64,000 nt of DNA, from the sequence record MN642089.1; one strand, written 5' to 3'. This document shows, in pieces, positions 56,327 through 64,000 of the stretch. Below the pieces are notes generated by a model, which searched no databases, had not been told where the DNA came from, and was given only the letters and a program-made list of their open reading frames with translations. The stretch is from Klebsiella phage N1M2. The stretch's first letter is position 1. Every line of letters begins with the position of its first letter. Position numbers and translations under genes: made by a program.

Positions 56327-56333
56327 GTAAACT

Positions 56334-56355
56334 CAGGCTACCTTCGGGTAGCCTG
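56334..56355 (+). terminator. hairpin CAGGCTACC-TTCG-GGTAGCCTG + T-tract
   Basis: UUCG tetraloop. Followed by ttattcggttcttattttttttgg. Confidence 0.7.
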
Positions 56356-56386
56356 TTATTCGGTTCTTATTTTTTTTGGTGAGAAT

Positions 56387-56677
56387 ATGATATCTTGTCG
56401 AAAATGCCTAGCATTAGCACTATTGTTTTCTATTGGGTTCTGTGCCATCGTTGTAGCTTGTTTGGCTAAAACACAATACTCGGCAACAGACCTTCTTATT
56501 CATTGCACCAATATTAACAAAGGAAATATACTTCCGTATCCCTCTGGTTGTGCGAGGCCCGTAGAGGTCATCGATAATGTTTTTACTTTTGTTAATGCTC
56601 AGGGTGCTTTAGAAACTTACGTTATAATAAGTAAGCGGGATGGGACATTTCAGTATTATGAAGTCAACCATTCTTGA
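56387..56677 (+). CDS. small secreted/membrane-anchored protein
   Basis: MISCRKCLALALLFSIGFCAIVVACLA at the N-terminus. Confidence 0.4.
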   Translation: MISCRKCLALALLFSIGFCAIVVACLAKTQYSATDLLIHCTNINKGNILPYPSGCARPVEVIDNVFTFVNAQGALETYVIISKRDGTFQYYEVNHS

Positions 56678-56763
56678 TATCCTATGAAAGTAATTGACTA
56701 AACTCTCACTTCACTATGAAGATGAGAGAATGGTTTTGTTTCATCAACATGGAATTTAAATAA

Positions 56764-57486
56764 ATGCAACAGACTCCTAGCCCTTGGCAGTACCTGCTCG
56801 ATATCGTTATCAAATCCAAACTGGCAGCTGCTGCCGCCAGCAAAGATCCTGCTTTCCGTGCACGCCAAGAAAAATACTATACCGATCTTAAAGAAGATCA
56901 GTGTGAGTTTTCTACCCCTGTACGTAAAGGCGATAATTGGTACGTTACCATCACTTGTCGTGAACGCGGTTTCCAGTTGGTAGACCTGCCTTATAAAACT
57001 GGCGCATTGTTCCCTATGGTCAAACCAATGGCCAACTATGTCCTGGAACCATCGTCTATCGCTATCAACACCATGACCGGTCTGTACTACGTCATGTCTA
57101 ACGAGCACCTGCATCTGCAAGTTCACCCTCAGTCTAATATCTGGGAAGCTCTCAAGATGACTGGTTATGAGTTTGCTCCTAAGCACTTTGTTACCAATAT
57201 GTATGAGCAGCGTAATGAAGAATTGGCAGCAGATGGTCATATCGACATTAACCATAGTGTTGTCACTGGTCGTATCTATATCTCTTATCTGCAGAAGCAA
57301 GCAGAAAAGGTAGAAGATCCTAAAACTGAAATCCCGGTAGAACCTCCGGTTGAAACTGTAGAAAAAGATCTTCCTCCAGTTGAAGAAACTGAGAAAGAAA
57401 CTGCCGGTGAAGTTGAAGAAGAAAAACAGGAAGAAGTTGCCAAGCCTGTAACTTTTAATAAACAGCAGAACTTCAAAAAGAAATAA
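56764..57486 (+). CDS. hypothetical protein with acidic/lysine-rich C-terminal tail
   Basis: 240 aa. C-terminal EVEEEKQEEVAKPV. Confidence 0.5.
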   Translation: MQQTPSPWQYLLDIVIKSKLAAAAASKDPAFRARQEKYYTDLKEDQCEFSTPVRKGDNWYVTITCRERGFQLVDLPYKTGALFPMVKPMANYVLEPSSIAINTMTGLYYVMSNEHLHLQVHPQSNIWEALKMTGYEFAPKHFVTNMYEQRNEELAADGHIDINHSVVTGRIYISYLQKQAEKVEDPKTEIPVEPPVETVEKDLPPVEETEKETAGEVEEEKQEEVAKPVTFNKQQNFKKK

Positions 57487-57499
57487 TCTAAAATAATTT

Positions 57500-57528
57500 A
57501 TCTAGAGCGGGGGAAACCCTGCTCTAGA
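57500..57528 (+). terminator. hairpin TCTAGAGCGGG-GGAAACC-CTGCTCTAGA + T-rich
   Basis: About 11-bp stem with one G.U pair. Confidence 0.55.
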
Positions 57529-57544
57529 TTTATGCTCTATTTTA

Positions 57545-57570
57545 AAACAGATAGATATTATCATAGTGTA
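57545..57570 (+). promoter_or_regulatory. early promoter-like motif (AAACAGATAGATATTATCATAGTGTA)
   Basis: Motif family. Downstream atctATAGAAGGAaattaaatATG. Confidence 0.5.
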
Positions 57571-57616
57571 AAGGCTTAAATATATTTTTTTACTAATCTA
57601 TAGAAGGAAATTAAAT

Positions 57617-58108
57617 ATGTTCTCTCTGATTAATGCTTGTGGATCTGATATCGAGTACGTTGAAGAATTGATCAAAGCAGTTCGAAAAGAACAACGTGAA
57701 GCCCAGTCGGCTATTCAGTATGAAACCAAATCAGTTTCTGTTAAACTGGTTCATGAATATCAAGTAACCAAAAAGCCACGTTCAGTTGCAAACATTCGTT
57801 ATAACACAGAAGAACGTTTGAGCAATGGTAAAGTGAGTTGTGATTCTTACTTGATTAAATTGGAGGAAGGTGAAACTTATAGCATGGATCCTATCAACGG
57901 TTTGATTGAAGGTATCCTTGAAGCAGTTAATAATGATATCGATATGGCGGCAATGTGCGGCTCTGTATTGGAAGCTGAGGATATCTCTGATCGAGTCCAA
58001 CGCTATATGACATCTGCTTTAGAAGGTGCTTACATCTTTGATGGTGTAAGTGTATCCACTGTGGTTGTTGCTAATCAACCATCTGAAATTATTGTAACGG
58101 TGTGTTAA
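57617..58108 (+). CDS. hypothetical protein
   Basis: 163 aa. Confidence 0.5.
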   Translation: MFSLINACGSDIEYVEELIKAVRKEQREAQSAIQYETKSVSVKLVHEYQVTKKPRSVANIRYNTEERLSNGKVSCDSYLIKLEEGETYSMDPINGLIEGILEAVNNDIDMAAMCGSVLEAEDISDRVQRYMTSALEGAYIFDGVSVSTVVVANQPSEIIVTVC

Positions 58109-58599
58109 TGCAAATATGGTTAAACCGAGATGGTAAACTCGTTTCAAAACCAACTGTTGCTGGTATCCCTATTCCTAAAGATAAATTACAGGAACCGGTG
58201 AATATCACTAAATTAGGTAACTTGGTTTATGTCTTACGCTTTGACGAGGAGACGGATGCTTATCTCACTATCTTCAGAAAGGACATAAGTCTAACACCAA
58301 GACTCCTTAAACTTCATGGTGTTCAACAACGTGAAGATCCTCAGAAACTCGCTGAGATCGTATTCAGTAAACTACTGTCGTTTGATAACAATCGCTTAGG
58401 TAACCGTGATCGCAATATCGCACTACCTATTGTCAGACCTCTGTGTAGTGAATTCTTCCGCGGTCATATTCAGACCCCTACAAAAATGCTGAACTATTCA
58501 GCTTATAAAACAATGCTGACCTTATTTGACCAAGATGGTAAAGGTGTGCTTCGTGTCAGCTATGTAAAACTTTCTCGTTCAATAAAGGATAGCCTGTAA
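58102..58599 (+). CDS. hypothetical protein
   Basis: 165 aa. Overlap coupling with the upstream gene. Confidence 0.5.
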   Translation: MLMQIWLNRDGKLVSKPTVAGIPIPKDKLQEPVNITKLGNLVYVLRFDEETDAYLTIFRKDISLTPRLLKLHGVQQREDPQKLAEIVFSKLLSFDNNRLGNRDRNIALPIVRPLCSEFFRGHIQTPTKMLNYSAYKTMLTLFDQDGKGVLRVSYVKLSRSIKDSL

Positions 58600-59303
58600 T
58601 GATTGATATACTCGGTAACGCATTAAAATCTTCTTTGATGGAATGTAACAAAATCGAAAACCCTAATGACTATGCAAAAGAGTTATTAGAAACGATTAAC
58701 CGTTATAAAACCAACATGTTTAAAATGTTGGCTGTAGATACCAAACTGGTTTATGATCCTAAAGAACTGGTACAGATTCGTATCTGTGGTTCTTGGCGTA
58801 TCAGACCTGGGATGGATCGTAAACCTCAATTCCTCGAATCGTCTCCATTCATTCTTCATCTGAATGGTGTGATCCCAGCTATTGGTGAACGTAAGAACCG
58901 GGAATCTTCTTATAACTTGGGTATTGATATCAGTGATATTATTGATGTCGAGAAACTCAACATGCTTAAAACTGATTGGTATACTGGAAGCGTACAGGAA
59001 AACGAAGATGATGAAACTTCTGCTTTTGATATGCCTGGCGTCTATATGTTTGGCGATCGTCAGGCGACTGAGGTAATTGATATTACCCTTCAGTTCAGCG
59101 CTCATGTTTACCATCACGTTGTTTCTGAGTACGAACGTAAATCAGCAGAACGTATGGCTAACGACCCTAAACTGTCTAATGAAGTCCTTCGTAAACGTGC
59201 TGAGCAAAAGGAACGTGCGATGGGTTATGATTTGACTGATGTCTTTAATAAACGTGTTGGGGTAAGTAAGCCGCAATTAAGCGCTGCACAAATGCGTCGT
59301 TAA
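58599..59303 (+). CDS. hypothetical protein
   Basis: 234 aa. TAATG overlap with the upstream gene. Confidence 0.5.
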   Translation: MIDILGNALKSSLMECNKIENPNDYAKELLETINRYKTNMFKMLAVDTKLVYDPKELVQIRICGSWRIRPGMDRKPQFLESSPFILHLNGVIPAIGERKNRESSYNLGIDISDIIDVEKLNMLKTDWYTGSVQENEDDETSAFDMPGVYMFGDRQATEVIDITLQFSAHVYHHVVSEYERKSAERMANDPKLSNEVLRKRAEQKERAMGYDLTDVFNKRVGVSKPQLSAAQMRR

Positions 59304-59330
59304 CTTTCAGCATAGCTGATAGGAATAGAA

Positions 59331-59906
59331 ATGAAAATCATTGAACGTATCAATCAAAGAGAATTGATAAAGTTAGACTCTGCACAAGGCTTTTATAATC
59401 TCTTACCTAATCCCCAAATTAATGCAACGTTAGATTTGCACTTGGATGATTACAACAGGTATCTTGGTGTTGAAGCCACAGACAAGTGGGGAATACATCT
59501 TTATGTTAGGAAACTTTCGGTAGTTTGGTTTTATACCGATAAACGCGGTGTGTATCTGGAATACTGGTCTCCAATTGGCGGTACAGATTTCACGCTTCAC
59601 ATTCAGTGGAAAGAGTTAGGCTTGCGAGTCGAACATATTCCAGAAAGCGTTGTGGAGAACTATCTCCCAATGATTAAGAACAAAATGATGACTACATACT
59701 TCCAGTTTATCATTACCCGTGGAAGTAAATGTAGAAAAGCCATTCTTGAAGCCCTACGATCTATTGAGACAGTTGAACGTATGTGGCATATCAATAATGA
59801 GTTTTCAATCATTCAGGAAGGTGGTCTGTACCATCTATATCGGGGTCGTACTTTACGTCGTGGCTATATTCCTCTCGAAGCTATTACCCCTCATCTTTTA
59901 ACCTAA
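59331..59906 (+). CDS. hypothetical protein
   Basis: 191 aa. Confidence 0.5.
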   Translation: MKIIERINQRELIKLDSAQGFYNLLPNPQINATLDLHLDDYNRYLGVEATDKWGIHLYVRKLSVVWFYTDKRGVYLEYWSPIGGTDFTLHIQWKELGLRVEHIPESVVENYLPMIKNKMMTTYFQFIITRGSKCRKAILEALRSIETVERMWHINNEFSIIQEGGLYHLYRGRTLRRGYIPLEAITPHLLT

Positions 59907-59916
59907 CGACAAAATA

Positions 59917-59945
59917 CCCCTACCCCTCCGTAAGGAAGGGTAGGG
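59917..59945. terminator. bidirectional hairpin CCCCTACCCCTCC-GTAA-GGAAGGGTAGGG (GNRA loop)
   Basis: Sits between convergent genes. T-run on the plus side (aattaaatttttta). Confidence 0.6.
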
Positions 59946-59963
59946 AGTATACAATTAAATTTT

Positions 59964-60602
59964 TTATGGGTTTCTTGCTTTCAACTGATCTTCTAACTGT
60001 TTGATGTAAGCATACAGTTGTTGATTCTCAGTTGTCAGTTCTTCAATGCGAACTACGTCTGAAGGATTGCTAGTGATTGCTTGCTGACGTGTGTTTTCCC
60101 ATGCATCTGCCTGTTCTTTAGAAACATAACCACGAGTGGGCATTGTTCCTATAACAGTTCTCGGATCTTGGATACCAACAGAATTTTTGATGTACTCATT
60201 AAAATGAGCAATTACTGAATTGATACGATCTTTGAAAGCAGGTGGACACGCACCCAAATCAGAGATAATACAAACACGTTCATAGATCACACCATCAACT
60301 AGAGGGAATGATTTAAGATACGTCGATAAAAGATACGTATCAGGTCTTCCACGACTAGTCAGTACAATGACTACAGCTTCAGCTGCGATAGCTTGGTCCA
60401 GATAAGTTTGATACTGGTCTTGAGTAATACCAACCGGTTCAAACACGAGTTTGTAAATATCTTCTTTATCAGCTTGCATCTCAGGAATAGTGCGCACAGC
60501 TTCGACAGTATAGTAAATCTTTGGATCGACTACATTACTGAAAGGATTTTCAGCTTCGAAGGAACCTGCAGCCCAAATTGCTGGAATTAAGTTCTGACTC
60601 AT
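59964..60602 (-). CDS. hypothetical protein
   Basis: 212 aa. Translationally coupled to the upstream 443-aa gene (ATGA overlap). Confidence 0.5.
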   Translation of the reverse strand: MSQNLIPAIWAAGSFEAENPFSNVVDPKIYYTVEAVRTIPEMQADKEDIYKLVFEPVGITQDQYQTYLDQAIAAEAVVIVLTSRGRPDTYLLSTYLKSFPLVDGVIYERVCIISDLGACPPAFKDRINSVIAHFNEYIKNSVGIQDPRTVIGTMPTRGYVSKEQADAWENTRQQAITSNPSDVVRIEELTTENQQLYAYIKQLEDQLKARNP

Positions 60603-61930
60603 TCAGGAATTACCTTATCTTTGACAAATTGATAACGGGAGATCATCGTAAGCTTAACTTTAGATGAACGTCTCGTAATATACAGTTTGCCATCTTTGAT
60701 AACACGCTGAATACCTTTTGGAGGCATACCATCTGGAGTAACAATCTCACCAGCTGCGAGCATCTCTTCTAAGTCGAAGATAAACTTAACAGTGTCTTTA
60801 GACATCATACCTGCCTGAGAGTCAGTAGAAGGAATCAACTGGTAGTCAGGGAAGATGTCGCGGATCTTATCACGACCTGCATGGTTCTTAGGTTTCCCTA
60901 CGAAAGCCATGTGAGCCGACTTGTACAGATGAGGTACAATCTGAGTCGATTCTATGACGCTGTTCTCACCCCAAAGGCTTGCGTACTTCTTAGGTAAGTC
61001 TAAACCACCTTTAACGGTGTAGATTGGGGTAAACGTTGAACCAGCGATGGTTTCATTCTCAAGACCGATTTCATTCCAATAAGGAACAATCGCAAACTCA
61101 AGCGGGTTGAACAAGTCTGGGATAATATCAGCCCAGTCAGTTTCAGGATGCTTGGAGTGAGTGAGAATACACTCTTTGATCTTCTCGTACGTTTCTTCTT
61201 CTGCGTCATTAGGGTTGCCATAGTAAATGACAGTCCAATCTCCGCGGTTATAATGAGGAACGTTGATCAGGTCATAGATGTCAAAGGACATTACAATACG
61301 TGCAGTATACGGATTGGTATTATCACCAACTAGTTTCTGCACACGATCTTCGATCATCGCTGTGGTTTCATCAGCTAAGCGCTGAGCAACTTGTTTATAG
61401 TTCTTATCAGCAAGGAAATCGATATCGTCGATCGGGATAGGGTGAATAACATAGATTTCACGATATGGGAATTCGACACGGAAATATTCGTTAGCGAACC
61501 AGATCTTGAATTCTGATGTTACCTTACCTACAGTTAAAGTGAAGGAAATACTAGACGGCAACCAAATTGCGTTGTTGGTGACCATCACACTAACATCTTT
61601 CCATTCCCACCCTTTAGTGTAGGTTGCTTTAAGTAATTGGAGACAACCCTGAGAAGATTCGGTTGTTTTGTTTTGAGTAGCTTGGTCGTATAACCACTTA
61701 CACATGTTGAGAACTGGTGTTGCAAATTCCTGAGGAACTTTCTCATACATGGAAGTTTCAGAGACACCACGGAACACATGGAGATCTACTGGGTTATCGG
61801 GACCGAAATAAATATCAGGTTCTTTGGAGTAGGTCATCGTACTGTTGGTTAATTCACCAATGGGGGAAGTTGACCCATTGATCACCAAGTCATGAACCAC
61901 AGCAAAGCAACTATACAGAGTTGTTGACAT
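60599..61930 (-). CDS. hypothetical protein, 443 aa
   Basis: Long uninterrupted ORF. Confidence 0.55.
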   Translation of the reverse strand: MSTTLYSCFAVVHDLVINGSTSPIGELTNSTMTYSKEPDIYFGPDNPVDLHVFRGVSETSMYEKVPQEFATPVLNMCKWLYDQATQNKTTESSQGCLQLLKATYTKGWEWKDVSVMVTNNAIWLPSSISFTLTVGKVTSEFKIWFANEYFRVEFPYREIYVIHPIPIDDIDFLADKNYKQVAQRLADETTAMIEDRVQKLVGDNTNPYTARIVMSFDIYDLINVPHYNRGDWTVIYYGNPNDAEEETYEKIKECILTHSKHPETDWADIIPDLFNPLEFAIVPYWNEIGLENETIAGSTFTPIYTVKGGLDLPKKYASLWGENSVIESTQIVPHLYKSAHMAFVGKPKNHAGRDKIRDIFPDYQLIPSTDSQAGMMSKDTVKFIFDLEEMLAAGEIVTPDGMPPKGIQRVIKDGKLYITRRSSKVKLTMISRYQFVKDKVIPE

Positions 61931-61963
61931 ATTGCAACCTTTTAGCTATAATGAAACATATTT

Positions 61964-62389
61964 TTGAAAAGTGGTGGACACAGCATGAACTTCTTTCTGA
62001 GGGAACTAATCAATAGGATAATTAGTTACTTTATCCGAGTATCCAAAGGTGACTCATATGAAGACAAGATAGAACACTTGTTACGTAAGTCACTCTTATT
62101 CACATTTATGGCTTTGATTTTTGCTCTCACCATGACCTCTAAATATTTGGTAGCCAACTGGTACCTAGAAGATTTAGAGAAGAGTCTAAATAAAGTTGAC
62201 ACCTTCATGGTTGAGCAGCAAGATAACATGAACAGTCTTTTCCGTATTAACGGTGATCAGTTGAAACAGATCGATAAACTCACTCATGAGAATAACGACT
62301 TGGAGACTGATATCCGTACGTTACTCCACAACCAAGCTATCTTGGAAAAGGAGAACAAGGATCTACGGAAAAAGCTGGGTAAGAAATAG
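61964..62389 (+). CDS. membrane-anchored coiled-coil protein
   Basis: N-terminal TM (LLFTFMALIFALTMT) then a heptad-like region with a KENKDLRKKLGKK tail. Confidence 0.45.
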   Translation: MKSGGHSMNFFLRELINRIISYFIRVSKGDSYEDKIEHLLRKSLLFTFMALIFALTMTSKYLVANWYLEDLEKSLNKVDTFMVEQQDNMNSLFRINGDQLKQIDKLTHENNDLETDIRTLLHNQAILEKENKDLRKKLGKK

Positions 62390-62449
62390 TAAATTAAGAC
62401 AAGGATGTCCATTAGTTGTTACATCACAAATTGGCAGGTATAACTAACA

Positions 62450-63871
62450 ATGAACATTGTCTACTATATCGTAAGTTCTTTTATCAAAGATAAAAATGTC
62501 GGACTATCTGGCGGTCATGGCTATTCTTACGATCCCGGTAATGAGAGCAAGCGTAAGTTACAGAAAGACGTACCAACAGTTTATGGATACTACGTTAATG
62601 GTAACTATCAAAATATCGCAGTGGATCAGATCGATATTTATAATGGTCGTATCCTAAACCAACCAAATGAAGTTGACGCTTATCTCACTCATCTGGAACT
62701 GATCATTAATAAATGGTTAGAAGAGAAGAAAGATGGCAACAAACTTTTGGTAATTAGTAACTGTGTCAAAGCGCACAAGATGCTTGAGAAAAACAAGTGT
62801 CCTGATCAGTACAATGCAGAACTGTTCAAACGTGTTTATGCTTTGATTCAGGAACATAAGAAAGATATCATCCACGATATCGAGTATTATGCAAAAGGTG
62901 GTGAAGGTCCTAAGACAGCTCATAAACAATTGGAACTCGCAATTGCGTTGGCAGATTTACCCAATCCAGATGCTGTCACTCTTGACAAAATGGATGTTAA
63001 AGAGTATAAGAACCCAGAGATCGATTTCAATAAGTTGGTTACCGCAACTCGCTGGTATTTCAATACTGGTGATAAATCAACTTTCCATGATGTCGATGAA
63101 CAAGGGTATCGTCACTATACCTTTGGTCGGGTTGACCCGGATAAGAACTATTATGGTAAGGCAACACCAGATGTGTACTATTCTGCATTGTACACTAAAA
63201 CACCTATTAAGGTTTTGGATAAACTGTTCGCTTTCTGTCAGAAGAACAAGCCAAACCCTTACAACATCATGGCAGCCGGTAACTTGAACCACATCAAATC
63301 AAAAGAGATCGCTCGCGTTATCGATACGATCCCTGGAACATTTGGTAAGAAAGAGTTAGTTGCCCCAATGACGTTAGGTAATAATGAAGGTGCTAATCTG
63401 GTTGAATTCATTGACCCACCTGGATTATCTTACCGCATTCGTGATTTCCATGCCAAGCTGGATGCTATCTTCCGTTTCTGGAGAAAGCGTGATGAGAACG
63501 GGTGTTATCAGAAACATAAGTTTATTGATATCACTGAGTTGTTCTTTGTCAAGGATCCTAAAGGCAAATGGAAAATCCATCCGGACTTCACTAACAACAC
63601 TTTGAAAATGCCGGTGTCTATTGAAGCTCCTGGTTGTATTAAACCAGTTACGATCAATTTGAGTATGAAGTTCGATACTCCTGAACGTAATGCTTTAAAC
63701 AGTTTGATTGTGAATAAAGTAGAAGATATTAAAGTCTTCCTTGCTTTAGATTTCAGTGACGACTCTGGTGTTAGTTATTGCACCATTGTACATACTCCTG
63801 AATTTGATTACATTCATTCTAATAGCATCGCTAACCTTCGGGTTTACAGTTTGAAAGAGCTGGGCAAATAA
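62450..63871 (+). CDS. hypothetical protein, 473 aa
   Basis: Long ORF. RBS not obvious. Confidence 0.55.
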   Translation: MNIVYYIVSSFIKDKNVGLSGGHGYSYDPGNESKRKLQKDVPTVYGYYVNGNYQNIAVDQIDIYNGRILNQPNEVDAYLTHLELIINKWLEEKKDGNKLLVISNCVKAHKMLEKNKCPDQYNAELFKRVYALIQEHKKDIIHDIEYYAKGGEGPKTAHKQLELAIALADLPNPDAVTLDKMDVKEYKNPEIDFNKLVTATRWYFNTGDKSTFHDVDEQGYRHYTFGRVDPDKNYYGKATPDVYYSALYTKTPIKVLDKLFAFCQKNKPNPYNIMAAGNLNHIKSKEIARVIDTIPGTFGKKELVAPMTLGNNEGANLVEFIDPPGLSYRIRDFHAKLDAIFRFWRKRDENGCYQKHKFIDITELFFVKDPKGKWKIHPDFTNNTLKMPVSIEAPGCIKPVTINLSMKFDTPERNALNSLIVNKVEDIKVFLALDFSDDSGVSYCTIVHTPEFDYIHSNSIANLRVYSLKELGK

Positions 63872-63878
63872 AGCATAC

Positions 63879-63909
63879 TCCCTTACCCTCCGCAAGGAAG
63901 GGTAAGGGT
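63879..63909. terminator. bidirectional hairpin CCCTTACCCTCC-GCAA-GGAAGGGTAAGGG (GNRA loop)
   Basis: Same family as 997 and 59917. Between convergent genes. Confidence 0.6.
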
Positions 63910-63927
63910 TATATGTTTGTTTCTTTT

Positions 63928-64000
63928 TTAGTTCATGAATTCATCTGCTAATTGAGCAAGATACTTACCTGCTTCTTCAGAGACTTCTTCTTTCGCTAAT
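63928..64000 (-). CDS. 3' end of a minus-strand gene running off the window (…LAQLADEFMN*)
   Basis: Open frame to the window edge with TAA at 63928-63930 (complement). Confidence 0.35.
   Translation of the reverse strand, partial: LAKEEVSEEAGKYLAQLADEFMN

Noticed and set aside
1-64000. CRISPR arrays, tRNA or rRNA genes
   Set aside because: No regularly spaced direct repeats. No T-psi-C or anticodon-arm-like cloverleaf candidates were found by eye in intergenic regions. tRNAs cannot be fully excluded without tRNAscan.

Overview
This 64 kb window reads as a segment of a large virulent tailed phage (T4-superfamily or jumbo-myovirus style) infecting Enterobacteriaceae. Genes are tightly packed with ATGA start/stop overlaps, GC is about 40%, and it carries a GIY-YIG and an HNH homing endonuclease, huge Ig-like fibre proteins, and thymidylate synthase, DHFR, thymidine kinase and nrdB. 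The window has four blocks. (1) 1-15.4 kb, plus strand: about 30 small early-type genes of unknown function, including a GIY-YIG endonuclease, two tandem HTH paralogs, a lipoprotein and several membrane or secreted proteins. (2) 15.7-36.5 kb, minus strand: an operon of giant beta-rich structural proteins of 722, 1539, 3375, 938 and 245 aa. (3) 36.5-38.5 kb, minus strand: an E. coli-like nrdB followed by an HNH endonuclease. The HNH C-terminus duplicates the NrdB tail, and its start codon lies inside a 28-nt perfect palindrome. (4) 38.8-64 kb, mostly plus strand: an accessory block of secreted and membrane proteins, then a nucleotide-metabolism block (metallophosphoesterase, thymidylate synthase with unusual insertions, HAD nucleotidase, DHFR, thymidine kinase) interleaved with a ClpP-like protease and a GroEL-like chaperonin. 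A recurrent sigma70-like promoter motif (CAGAnATATnATCAT..AGTG) and a family of strong perfect-stem hairpins punctuate gene boundaries. No rRNA, tRNA or CRISPR array was recognised by eye.
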